A stretch of DNA of 41,025 nucleotides from Nitrospirota bacterium (GCA_011620345.1 WOZJ01000049.1:1-41025), one strand, 5' to 3'. Positions 8,931 through 17,658 are shown, counted from the first letter of the stretch. Numbers and translations: made by a program. Notes: generated from the letters alone by a model not told the origin.

Positions 8931-10766
8931 GTGCCAAACTTTATCGTCCAAGAAAGAGACCAACGCTTCCTTCTCTTTGAGGTTTTGAACGTTCAGTCCC
9001 TGTTCTCTCATCCGAAATTCTCCGAGCTTTCCGAAGATGTTGCCTCGATGGTCCTCGATGAGGCGCAAAAGCTGGCCACAGAGGTCGTTTACCCTACGCT
9101 TAGCACGGGAGACAAAGAGGGCTGCCGTTTGGAAAACGGGCAGGTCTACGTCCCCAAGGCTTTCCATGCGTGCTACAGGGCTTACTGCGAGGCCGCCTGG
9201 AACAGCATAGACATCAGCAAAGAAGCAGGCGGTCAGGGGTTTCCGAGGATTTTGGGCACCGCCGTGCGAGAGTGGTTTTCCCACAACTTCGCATTCCTTA
9301 GCTACCCAGACCTTACCCAGGGTGCATCCCATCTCATCGATGGCTTCGGCTCCGAGGAGCAGAAGAACAAATACCTCCCCGGTATGGTTTCTGGCAAATG
9401 GGCCGGCACGATGTGTTTGACCGAGCCGCAGGCGGGATCGGACGTAGGCGCCCTCACAACCAAAGCCATCCGCCAGCCCGACGGAACGTTCCGAATCAAA
9501 GGCACGAAGGTGTTCATCACTGGCGGAGACCATGATTTAACAGAAAACATTATCCATCCCGTGCTAGCGAGAATAGAGGGCGATCCCGCTGGTACGAAGG
9601 GCATTTCTCTGTTCTTGGTTCCCAAATTTCTCGTCAATAAAGACGGAACCTTGGGCAATAGAAACGACTTCGAAATAGGCAAGATCGAAGAAAAGCTCGG
9701 CATCCACGGCAGCTCGACCTGCCTGATAAATTTTGGCGATAACGGTGAGTGCTACGCCGAACTTTTGGGCAACGAGCGCGAAGGCATGAAAATCATGTTC
9801 TTGATGATGAACGGCGCAAGGCTAAGCGTCGGGATGCAGGGCGTTGCCAGCGCTTCCGCCGCTTATCTTCACGCGCTTCAGTACGCCAAGGAACGTCTTC
9901 AAGGGACTTCGATCGAACGCTTCAAAGACCCGACCGCCCCTCGCGTCCCGATCATCGAGCACCCGGACGTCAGGCGGATGCTCCTTTGGATGAAATCCCA
10001 CGCCGAGGCTATCCGTGCGCTCCTATACTTCACCTCGTTCTGCCTTGACAAGTGGGAAACGGCCGCGAGCGAAGAAGAAGGGGAGTCTTGGCGGGGACTG
10101 GTTGAAATCCTAACCCCTGTATGCAAGGCGTTCGCCTCGGAAGCCGGCTTTCAGGTGGCCGACATGGCGGTCCAGGTGTACGGCGGGGCCGGGTATACCC
10201 AGGATTACCCCGCGGAGCAGCTCTTGAGGGACTCGAGAATCGCGCCGATCTACGAGGGGACAAACGGCATCCAGGCGCTCGATTTGGTCGGAAGGAAGCT
10301 TGCGATGAAATCTGGCGCCTACTTTAGGGGGCTCCTTGAACACATGGGGCAAAGCTTAGGCGAGTTCGAGGAAACCCCTGCAACGGCCGAGATTGCGAAG
10401 GCTGTACGCAAAGCGCTAGGGCGCATCGAGGAGGCGGCCTTTATATTCATGCAGGCCTCCGCCGAAGGAAGGCTCGTCGTTCCGTTGAGCTATGCGCATC
10501 CATTCTTAAGGATGTTCGGGACTGTAGTGTGTGCTTGGCTTTTGACGTGGGAGGCTGCCGTGGCAGCCAAAAAGCTTGAAGAAGCAAAGTCTGCCGGGAA
10601 GGCGCTTGAAGTCGGCGAGGATAAAGAGGCCGCCTTCTACCAAGGCAAGCTACTTTCGGCGCGTTATTTTGCGACCAACGTCCTGCCGCAGGTTGAGGCA
10701 CTTTTCCAGGGCATTCAATCGCAGGATTTGTCCATGGTGGAGATGCACGAAGAGAGCTTTGCCTAG
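8931..10766 (+). CDS. Acyl-CoA dehydrogenase (long, ~600 aa type)
   Basis: GTMCLTEPQAGSD, GTKVFIT, EEKLGIHGS, YAKERLQG and IYEGTNGIQALD; AGGAG at 8921-8925 favours GTG 8931 over 8925 as start. Confidence 0.92.
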   Translation: MPNFIVQERDQRFLLFEVLNVQSLFSHPKFSELSEDVASMVLDEAQKLATEVVYPTLSTGDKEGCRLENGQVYVPKAFHACYRAYCEAAWNSIDISKEAGGQGFPRILGTAVREWFSHNFAFLSYPDLTQGASHLIDGFGSEEQKNKYLPGMVSGKWAGTMCLTEPQAGSDVGALTTKAIRQPDGTFRIKGTKVFITGGDHDLTENIIHPVLARIEGDPAGTKGISLFLVPKFLVNKDGTLGNRNDFEIGKIEEKLGIHGSSTCLINFGDNGECYAELLGNEREGMKIMFLMMNGARLSVGMQGVASASAAYLHALQYAKERLQGTSIERFKDPTAPRVPIIEHPDVRRMLLWMKSHAEAIRALLYFTSFCLDKWETAASEEEGESWRGLVEILTPVCKAFASEAGFQVADMAVQVYGGAGYTQDYPAEQLLRDSRIAPIYEGTNGIQALDLVGRKLAMKSGAYFRGLLEHMGQSLGEFEETPATAEIAKAVRKALGRIEEAAFIFMQASAEGRLVVPLSYAHPFLRMFGTVVCAWLLTWEAAVAAKKLEEAKSAGKALEVGEDKEAAFYQGKLLSARYFATNVLPQVEALFQGIQSQDLSMVEMHEESFA

Positions 10767-10828
10767 GATCATACAAACAAAGACAACCAAGCGGCTCAAA
10801 GTGGAGGCAGGCAAGGGGATATTCTGCC

Positions 10829-11644
10829 ATGGCAAGGGTCCGGAAGGCTCGGTTTTCAGGTATGTTTTATCCTGGATCGATACCCAAGCTGGAAGCCTTT
10901 TTTAAGGAGACGTTGCAAGATCTTGAGGGCCTAGGTTCGGTTCCGGCCAAAGGGGCGATCGTTCCGCATGCCGGATATGCCTACTCTGGCCGGGTCGCCC
11001 TGCAAACGCTCGGGGTCTGCCGGATCCCCAAACATGTCGTCCTCATTGGGCCAAACCACACGGGCCTAGGGAAAAACATTGCGCTCTCTAGCGTCGATGC
11101 CTGGGAAACTCCCTTTGGCGACGTTTTATGCTCGGAGCCCTTAAGGAGGCTTTTGCTCGAGGCGTGTCCGCTGATCGAGCTTGACGACACGGCCCATCTC
11201 AATGAACACTCCTTAGAAGTCGAGCTGCCCATGCTTGCCTACTTCCACCCGAAAATCGAAATCGCGGCGCTTTGCCTTTCCATCCTTAGCAAGCCCCATT
11301 TAAAGATGTTAGGGGGAGCCTTGGCCAAGGCGCTCAAAGAGGCCGAGGGAGGGGCGATGATCGTTGTAAGCTCGGACATGAGCCACTACGTTAGCGAGGC
11401 AGAGGCCAAGCGCTTGGATTCAATCGCCCTGGAGCCCATCCTTCGGCTGGATGCAGAAGGGCTTTACGATGCGGTTTTGGCGAACGGCCTTACGATGTGC
11501 GGGTTTATCCCGGCCACCGCTCTTTTGTTCGCACTCGAGGCGTTCCGGCCGGTCAAAGCGAAGCTCACAGCTTACGCCACCTCGGCGGAGGCCACAAAAA
11601 ATACCGAAGAGGTGGTGGCCTACGCGGGCGTCGTGTTCGTATGA
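10829..11644 (+). CDS. MEMO1 family protein (AmmeMemoRadiSam system protein B)
   Basis: GMFYP, PHAGYAYSG, GPNHTG, EHSLEV, SSDMSHY and TMCG motifs. Confidence 0.92.
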   Translation: MARVRKARFSGMFYPGSIPKLEAFFKETLQDLEGLGSVPAKGAIVPHAGYAYSGRVALQTLGVCRIPKHVVLIGPNHTGLGKNIALSSVDAWETPFGDVLCSEPLRRLLLEACPLIELDDTAHLNEHSLEVELPMLAYFHPKIEIAALCLSILSKPHLKMLGGALAKALKEAEGGAMIVVSSDMSHYVSEAEAKRLDSIALEPILRLDAEGLYDAVLANGLTMCGFIPATALLFALEAFRPVKAKLTAYATSAEATKNTEEVVAYAGVVFV

Positions 11645-12123
11645 ACCTTCAAAGGGCGGGGCCTTTGGTGCCCCTCCTTTTTTTGGGCAGTCTACTTGCC
11701 CCCTACGCTCTTGATGCCCAAACGCTCCGGGCCCCACAACCTAGACCTCCAAGCCTAGGCGTTCCACACCCGGCTCTTCCAAGGGTCACGGCTCCTCGAG
11801 CCAGCCCTCCAAGCGTCCCTTCGCCCGGCTCGCATGCTCCAAAGCTCTCCTCTCCAGCACTTAGGACACCTTCCCTGCCAAGGCCTCACGCGCAACCGCT
11901 CCCTAGGGCAACCGCCCCAACCCTTTCTCCTCCTAGGATGCAAAGGCCGGGCCTTCGGCAAATGTCCGTTCGCCCGCCCGTGATACGCGAGCCGTCCATC
12001 CCCAAATCGAGAACGCCCTCACCTAGGTTCTATCCTCCCGCCATGAGGCCGCCCGCAGTGCAAGCGCCTCGCACGCCGCCCCTTCGTATCCGGCCCCCGA
12101 ACGTTCGCTACCGCCCTTATTAG
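11641..12123 (+). CDS. Hypothetical secreted Pro/Arg-rich pentapeptide-repeat protein (160 aa)
   Basis: ATGA overlap with the Memo stop codon; signal peptide ending ALDA; regular xPxxx periodicity. Confidence 0.7.
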   Translation: MNLQRAGPLVPLLFLGSLLAPYALDAQTLRAPQPRPPSLGVPHPALPRVTAPRASPPSVPSPGSHAPKLSSPALRTPSLPRPHAQPLPRATAPTLSPPRMQRPGLRQMSVRPPVIREPSIPKSRTPSPRFYPPAMRPPAVQAPRTPPLRIRPPNVRYRPY

Positions 12124-12233
12124 AGCGCTAACAGACGAAATAGGCTAGGCAAAAAAACGATTTCTTGGAGGTTGCGCCGAAAACGACGCCGATACCGAGG
12201 CTTTTCCACCCCAGGCGGGCAAGGCCTTCTTTA

Positions 12234-12294
12234 TTTCATTGCGGGACAAGTTTGGCAAGCTTATCGTTTGCTTGGGCGAATATCTTGCCCATCG
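12234..12294 (-). repeat. Degenerate copy of the dispersed REP-like repeat (two subunits)
   Basis: Minus strand CGATGGGCAAGATATTCGCCC...CGATAAGCTTGCCAAACTTGTCCCGCAATGAAA matches both subunits of the 15830 and 16903 copies. Confidence 0.6.
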
Positions 12295-12350
12295 CGTGGG
12301 TCGAGCCCGTGCTTCCAAGGCCAAGGCAACCACCCGCGAAGCCGACACGC

Positions 12351-12390
12351 ATACAAGAAAGCCCCAGGGGCTACTGAGGCTTTCTTGTAT
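12351..12390 (-). terminator. Rho-independent terminator of the small Cys-rich gene (possibly bidirectional)
   Basis: ATACAAGAAAGCCTCAG-TAGCCC-CTGGGGCTTTCTTGTAT stem; the single mismatch is a G-U pair only on the minus strand; lies 13 nt after the stop codon. Confidence 0.8.
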
Positions 12391-12403
12391 AACCAAAAAA
12401 CGG

Positions 12404-12628
12404 TTAATTCTTGGTCAGACTCTCAAGCCCGGTAAAGCCTTCCAAAAGCTTCGACGACGGCTTCTGGCCTGCATCTTTGGGGCACTTTGCCAAATTTGCA
12501 TCGGTGTGGCACGTCCCCCCGCAACCCGGCTTCGCGTTAGAGCAGTACTGGGGCATCGCGGCCAAGGGGCTAACTACAAGAACAGCCGCGCCTAAGCCAA
12601 GCCCTAAGTTTTTTAACGTCACTTTCAT
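12404..12628 (-). CDS. Small secreted Cys-rich protein with CXXXCH motif (possible mini c-type cytochrome), 74 aa
   Basis: AGGAGG RBS; signal peptide MKVTLKNLGLGLGAAVLVVSPLAA; mature MPQYCSNAKPGCGGTCHTD...; has its own promoter and terminator. Confidence 0.75.
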   Translation of the reverse strand: MKVTLKNLGLGLGAAVLVVSPLAAMPQYCSNAKPGCGGTCHTDANLAKCPKDAGQKPSSKLLEGFTGLESLTKN

Positions 12629-12667
12629 CAAGGCACCTCCTGCGAAATGGTGGATTGAAGATATGTA

Positions 12668-12704
12668 TGTAAATTATTATATACAAGCTCTTTTAGGTCG
12701 TCAA
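12668..12704 (-). promoter_or_regulatory. Sigma70 promoter TTGACG-N17-TATAAT with overlapping TGTAAA-N6-TATACA palindrome
   Basis: -35 at 12699-12704, -10 at 12676-12681, 17-nt spacer; palindrome at 12668-12685. Confidence 0.75.
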
Positions 12705-12732
12705 GCCTGCCTATCTTACAGACGATTGCCTC

Positions 12733-14391
12733 CTAATTTTCTTGGTTTGCTAGCTTTGAAAGCCTGGTATCGAGAAGGATTCCCTTGGCCCTGTCGAGAT
12801 CGACGAGCGCGCGCATGTACTGGTTCTGAGCCTGGGATAGCTGGGATTTCTGGGCAATCAGACGCTCTTGCATCTGCAACACATCGAAGGACGTAGAAAG
12901 GCCGTAGTGAAGCTTGCGCTCTTCCTCGGCAAGTCGCCGCTCGCTCAAGGCCACCGATACGGTTGCCGCATCGACCTGGTCTTTCGAGCTCTCCACCCTC
13001 CGGATAATTTCTCTGAGCTCTGTCGCCACCTGCTGCTGGATCTGCGCCTGCTGGGCGACCGACTGTTTGATTCGCAAGTCTGCCTGGGCCAAGTCTGCCT
13101 TGGCGGCCCTGTTCCCTATGGGGTACTCAAACTGGAGCCCCACCACCCATTCTGGAAAATCCGCGCTCCCTAGAACGTCCAGGCTTTGGTTGTAGCCTCC
13201 CTGAAAACGCTGCGGCAAGTTCTGAAAGCCTCCTAACCCGCCTAACCCCAAGATATCGCCCATCCGCTGGTTGCCAGAGAGCCCCTGCAGGGAGTAGCTC
13301 GCCTGGAGGTTCAACGCGGGCAATGTTGCGTTCTTTGCAACCTTTCGGGCCACATAGCCGCCCTTTAGGTTTAGCTCGTTCGTAATGACCTCCACCCGCT
13401 TCTCGAGCGCCACCTGGACCGATCGAAGAAACGACAGGTCAACGTCCATAAGTCTTGGCTTGTCCACGGGGAAGACCGATTTTTCCCACAACGCGGCGCC
13501 CGGAGGCAGGTTAAGCATCATCTTGAGCTGCTCGTCCATGTCTTTGATCTGCTTTTTGGCCGCGATTATGTTGCTCTCCCTTGCGGCCACCTCGGCTTCG
13601 GCCTGGACCACCTCGACTTCTGGAAGCTGTCCCAAACGGACCCTGGTTCGGTTTTCCTCCAAAAGCATCCTTGCCCGCTCCCTGGATTCTTTAGCCTCAT
13701 CGAGCTGGGCGTAGGCCAAAACCAAGTCCCAATAGGCCTTTTCGGTCTGTTCGGCCACCTGGATGGCGCGCTGCTTGAGGTTTAAATCCTCGACCTCTGT
13801 CTGTATCTCCGCAAGCGTGATCCGAGAGCGCGTCACATCAATACCAAAACCTTTTAAAAGAGGCTGAGTTAGGCTAAGCCGAGTCATCGCCCGGTATTCT
13901 GGGTTAAGGAATGAAACGGGCGCGTTCGTAAGCGTTCGGGTGTTGTCGAACCGGAACTCGAGCTGCCCGCCCACGGGGATTCGCTGCCTTAAGCCTACGC
14001 TTACCCCTAGGGTCTCCATCCTCGTGCCGGCAATCGTCGTAGAGGTCGGGAATTGGTTGTTGTCGAAGTTCGCCTGCCCAAACGCGGTCGGGTCAAAGAT
14101 TCCCTTTTCAAACGAAATCCTAGTCTTCTGGATCATTGGGTCATACCGTCCCACCTGAAGCCCGAGGTTGTTCTCGAGCGCCAACCCTACCACGTCCGCC
14201 ACGCCAAGATGAATACGGTCTTCCTCGAGACGCTCTAGAAGGGCCGCGTACGGGTCAGAAACGGCGAGGGCGCTCCCCGAAAGGGCCACGCAGGCCATGA
14301 CACCCATGAAGGCCATGAAAAACCTGGACTTGCGTTCCATAAAAGACATGACCGGCATGAAAGCGGGCACTTTTTTGGGCCAACGTTCCAT
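12733..14391 (-). CDS. TolC family outer membrane efflux protein
   Basis: Signal peptide, ALENNLGL, QPLLKGFG, AYWDLV, LPALNLQASY and GLSTSFDVL repeats typical of the OEP family; start may be 14340. Confidence 0.88.
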   Translation of the reverse strand: MERWPKKVPAFMPVMSFMERKSRFFMAFMGVMACVALSGSALAVSDPYAALLERLEEDRIHLGVADVVGLALENNLGLQVGRYDPMIQKTRISFEKGIFDPTAFGQANFDNNQFPTSTTIAGTRMETLGVSVGLRQRIPVGGQLEFRFDNTRTLTNAPVSFLNPEYRAMTRLSLTQPLLKGFGIDVTRSRITLAEIQTEVEDLNLKQRAIQVAEQTEKAYWDLVLAYAQLDEAKESRERARMLLEENRTRVRLGQLPEVEVVQAEAEVAARESNIIAAKKQIKDMDEQLKMMLNLPPGAALWEKSVFPVDKPRLMDVDLSFLRSVQVALEKRVEVITNELNLKGGYVARKVAKNATLPALNLQASYSLQGLSGNQRMGDILGLGGLGGFQNLPQRFQGGYNQSLDVLGSADFPEWVVGLQFEYPIGNRAAKADLAQADLRIKQSVAQQAQIQQQVATELREIIRRVESSKDQVDAATVSVALSERRLAEEERKLHYGLSTSFDVLQMQERLIAQKSQLSQAQNQYMRALVDLDRAKGILLDTRLSKLANQEN

Positions 14392-14517
14392 TTCAGTTCC
14401 CTTAGGCGGTATGATAGTCTCTAGACAAAAAAATAAGCCAAAGTACGCTTTGGTAAGCTATCCAACGAGATGCGGCGCGGTTTTTCTCAAACAAACGCCT
14501 TCAGGCCAAAGTAGCAC

Positions 14518-15363
14518 ATGCAGCCCAAGAACGCAAAAGCCGCGGGCACCCTGTATATTGTCGCCACGCCGATCGGAAACCTTCAAGACATCACGCTTCG
14601 GGGCCTCGAGACGCTACGGGTCGTTGACACGATTCTTGCCGAAGACACCCGCGCTACAAGGAAGCTGCTGAGTCATTTCGGCATCAAAAAGCCGCTTGAA
14701 AAGTTCGAGCGTTTCAGCGAAAAGTCCAAAGAAGCTAGCCTGATCGAAAGACTATCACAAGGCGAGTACATTGCGCTCGTAAGCGACGCGGGAACGCCCG
14801 CCATCCTCGACCCAGGGGCCTCTTTGGTGCTGGCCTGCCACAAGTCTGGCATCACGGTCGTCCCCATTCCGGGGCCGAGCGCGTTGACGGCCGCGTTGAG
14901 TGCAAGCGGCCTGATCGAGGACGGGTTCGTGTTCTTTGGCTGGGCGCCCAGAAAATCAAACGAACGCAAGGCGTTTGGGCTCAGGGTAAGTCAAGCCCCC
15001 TTTCCGTCCGTCTTGTTCGAGGCCCCAAGAAGGCTAGCCGGGCTTCTGAAGGCGCTCGTCCCAAGCCTCGGAGGGCAAAGGGCCTTCATCGCCAGGGAGC
15101 TCACAAAAATCCACGAAACGCACTATTTTGGCACTCTCGAAGAGCTTGCGGCACAATTCTCCAAAGAAGGCGCGCCGCTCAAAGGAGAGCTGGTCGTGGT
15201 GATCGAGGCGGCCAAGCGGCCCTTCCACGTCCTGCAAGAGCCCGAGCCTTTAGGCCAAGCAGGCACGAAGGCCACGGCCAGAGCACTCTCTCGAATGCTT
15301 GGGCTTACGACCAAGGAGGCCTACGGCATCCTTCAGGCCGTCCGAAAAAGAAAAGACGCTTAA
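14518..15363 (+). CDS. rsmI: 16S rRNA (cytidine1402-2'-O)-methyltransferase
   Basis: LYIVATPIGNLQDIT, AEDTR, SDAGTPAILDPG, PGPSA and RELTKIHE motifs. Confidence 0.95.
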   Translation: MQPKNAKAAGTLYIVATPIGNLQDITLRGLETLRVVDTILAEDTRATRKLLSHFGIKKPLEKFERFSEKSKEASLIERLSQGEYIALVSDAGTPAILDPGASLVLACHKSGITVVPIPGPSALTAALSASGLIEDGFVFFGWAPRKSNERKAFGLRVSQAPFPSVLFEAPRRLAGLLKALVPSLGGQRAFIARELTKIHETHYFGTLEELAAQFSKEGAPLKGELVVVIEAAKRPFHVLQEPEPLGQAGTKATARALSRMLGLTTKEAYGILQAVRKRKDA

Positions 15364-15614
15364 GCTTTCTGGGGGGAGGCACTGCCGTCCAACGAGGATA
15401 GGTCGGCCAAGACCAGCTCTACCTTGGCGTTGGCCTGCTCGAGCTTTCTTTTGCAGTAGGCAAGAAGCTCCGAGGCACGCTGCACGAGGGCGACGAGCTC
15501 TTCGATGTCCAGCTCGTCGCCCTCGATGGCCTGTAATATCCGCTGGACTTCCTCAATGGCCTCTTTGTAGCTCGCAACGCCCTCGGGGACATCTTTGGTT
15601 TTGAGCTTTGCCAT
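15360..15614 (-). CDS. xseB: Exodeoxyribonuclease VII small subunit
   Basis: SYKEAIEEVQRILQAIE..ELDIEE..CKRKLEQANAKV pattern; AGGAG RBS. Confidence 0.88.
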   Translation of the reverse strand: MAKLKTKDVPEGVASYKEAIEEVQRILQAIEGDELDIEELVALVQRASELLAYCKRKLEQANAKVELVLADLSSLDGSASPQKA

Positions 15615-15829
15615 GTATAGACTCCTTTCTTCTGTCGGCGCAAAGGAAGGGAGAACCCGGATACCCCGCCCTTTGGCCCTTTCTTTTCAGGATACCATGC
15701 CGCCTTTCATGTTGACGTGGCCGTCCAGTCCCTGACCAACGGAGAAGGCCTTGAGCTTGTCGTTGCTTATGACCATTATCTGGAGACGGGCCGCAGACAT
15801 CCCCATTGCAGCTACTCACACCCCTCCCA

Positions 15830-15920
15830 CGATAGGCTAGACATTCACCCCGCGTGGCATGCACCCATTCTGTATGTTTCGATAGGCGGGACATTCTTGT
15901 CCAGCATGAAAGGCCGTAGC
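15830..15920 (+). repeat. REP/BIME-like intergenic repeat, copy 1 (~91 bp)
   Basis: Roughly 80-85% identical by eye to 16903-16994; contains the hairpin GGCGGGACATTCTTGTCCAGC. Confidence 0.8.
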
Positions 15921-16032
15921 ATGGGGCATAAAGCAGGCCTTTGCCTTCCATGTAGTCAGTCGCCTTTATTTGCGCTATGCTTTTCTCCATCGGCGTCTTC
16001 TTTTTATTTTTAACCGCCTGGAGGGCTTTCGC

Positions 16033-16908
16033 ATGGACCAAATCGGGTTCGTGGGTCTTGGCAAGATGGGGCTCCCCATGGCGCTCAACCTCTTGAAGGC
16101 GAGGTTCTCGCTCTCGGTCGTTTCCCGCTCGAGGCCGCCCGTCGAAAGGGCGCTGGAGATGGGGGGCAAAGAGGCCCCTTCGCCAAGGGCGCTCGCAATA
16201 CAAACCAAGACCGTCATTACCTGCCTGCCTGATCTCGAGGCGCTCGAGACCGTCTATTTGGGCACAGATGGGCTTTTTGAAGGTGCAAGGCCAAACCAAC
16301 TCTTCATCGACCACTCGACTATCTCGCCAAAATTGGCCAGGACGCTTTTTGAAGAGGCAAGGCAAAAAGGCGCGGATTTTCTGGATGCACCGGTAAGCGG
16401 CGGGCCCGAAGGGGCTAAAGCGGGCAGCCTTAGCATCATGGTGGGGGGAGAACCCTCGGCGTTTGAAAAGGCCAGACCAATTCTTGACGTCCTAGGCAAG
16501 CATATCGTCCATTTCGGGCCGCCAGGGGCCGGAAGCATGGCCAAGCTTATAAATAACATGTTTGTGGGCATCTTGAACTTCGCCGTTGCCGAGGCGTTTT
16601 TTTTGGCCGCAAGGGCCGGCCTTGATGCCGAAACGCTCTACGCGACGCTCATGCGCTCGACAGCAAAAAGTGCCATGCTCGAGCGGAATTTCCCTTTGTT
16701 CCAAAAAGAAGACTTCGCCCCGCGCTTCAGCATGGCCCATCTCTTGAAAGACCTAAGGCTCCTCCAAGAAGCCGCAAGCGACATCGGGTTTGTCCCGGAA
16801 TCGCTACAGCCGCCCCTTCGAGCCGTTACGCAGGCAGTGGAGGGAGGAATGGGCAAGATAGACATTTCGGCAGTCACCATGCTGCTTCAAAAGCTCAACC
16901 CCCGATAG
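16033..16908 (+). CDS. NAD(P)-dependent oxidoreductase, 3-hydroxyisobutyrate dehydrogenase / tartronate semialdehyde reductase family
   Basis: IGFVGLGKMG, DHSTISP, DAPVSGG and KLINN motifs; GGAGGG RBS before ATG 16033. Confidence 0.92.
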   Translation: MDQIGFVGLGKMGLPMALNLLKARFSLSVVSRSRPPVERALEMGGKEAPSPRALAIQTKTVITCLPDLEALETVYLGTDGLFEGARPNQLFIDHSTISPKLARTLFEEARQKGADFLDAPVSGGPEGAKAGSLSIMVGGEPSAFEKARPILDVLGKHIVHFGPPGAGSMAKLINNMFVGILNFAVAEAFFLAARAGLDAETLYATLMRSTAKSAMLERNFPLFQKEDFAPRFSMAHLLKDLRLLQEAASDIGFVPESLQPPLRAVTQAVEGGMGKIDISAVTMLLQKLNPR

Positions 16909-16994
16909 GCGAGAAATTCACGCCGCGCGGCATGCACCTACTCCCCATGTATCGACAGGCTGGACATTCTTGTCCCGCCATGAAGGGCCGTAGC
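16903..16994 (+). repeat. REP/BIME-like intergenic repeat, copy 2 (~92 bp)
   Basis: Direct repeat of 15830-15920; contains GGCTGGACATTCTTGTCCCGCC and the stop codon of the upstream gene. Confidence 0.8.
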
Positions 16995-17097
16995 GTTTTG
17001 CCGAGTCCGCCGGGCTAGAAAGCCGAGCCTGCCTTTTTCCCGCGGCGATATCTGGCATTGTATGATTTTTCTTGCTGATCTTTTAGGCATTGGTCTA

Positions 17098-17161
17098 TTG
17101 ACTTTTCTCCCAAAACTGCGCTAAATTGTTTTGTAAGACAAACTTTTTGGGCGCGCCAAAC
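17098..17161 (+). promoter_or_regulatory. Putative sigma70 promoter (TTGACT-N18-TAAATT) followed by two palindromes, candidate DtxR/MntR operators
   Basis: TTTGT-AAG-ACAAA and TTTGG-GCGCG-CCAAA lie between the -10 and the dtxR-family start codon. Confidence 0.5.
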
Positions 17162-17168
17162 CTTGACG

Positions 17169-17657
17169 ATGCTGACTTCAAGCCTAGAAGACTACCTCAA
17201 GGCAATCCTGATCCTCGAGCGGCAGAAAGGCGCTGCTAGGCCCGCCGACATCGCAAGGGTCGTACGGGTAGGAAGGCCTTCTGTGAGCCTAGCCCTAAGG
17301 AGGCTCAAGGGAAAGGGGCTGATCTCCCACGATGCCTACGGAGACGCGACGCTCACGCCAGAAGGAAGCAAGGCCGCAAAGAGCGTCCTTTTCAGGCATG
17401 AAGCCTTGAGCGTGTTCTTTGTCAACGTCCTTGGCGTTCCAAAAGACCAAGCTAACGCGAACGCCCACAGGCTCGAGCACGCCATCGACGATACGGTGCT
17501 CGAGCGCCTCGTCGCTTTTACCAATACTCTGGTTGCGTGTCCTGGTCCGCTTGAAGGCCCGCAGGGCTTCTGCAAAGAAGAAGCCCGACCTTACGATCTT
17601 TACGGTGCCCCTTGCTTCAACCCGCATGAAGATGCAACCCAGGAACCGCTCGGCTAG
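17169..17657 (+). CDS. DtxR/MntR family metal-dependent transcriptional repressor
   Basis: SLEDYLKAI, HTH, PSVS, LTPEG, RHEAL and AHRLEHAI motifs. Confidence 0.92.
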   Translation: MLTSSLEDYLKAILILERQKGAARPADIARVVRVGRPSVSLALRRLKGKGLISHDAYGDATLTPEGSKAAKSVLFRHEALSVFFVNVLGVPKDQANANAHRLEHAIDDTVLERLVAFTNTLVACPGPLEGPQGFCKEEARPYDLYGAPCFNPHEDATQEPLG

Positions 17658-17658
17658 G

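Noticed and set aside
12145-12396. 83-aa minus-strand ORF after the small Cys-rich gene
   Set aside because: It starts at the edge of the terminator hairpin and runs through it, crosses a repeat copy, has no RBS and has no recognisable motif
15553-16365. 270-aa minus-strand ORF (also 17796..18683, 22457..23488, 26158..27006, 31423..32139, 33267..34067)
   Set aside because: These are shadow ORFs overlapping well-supported genes in GC-rich DNA, with no family motifs
15830-16994. Repeats considered as a CRISPR array or IS terminal repeats
   Set aside because: There is no regular repeat-spacer period, no cas or transposase gene, and the copies are degenerate and dispersed
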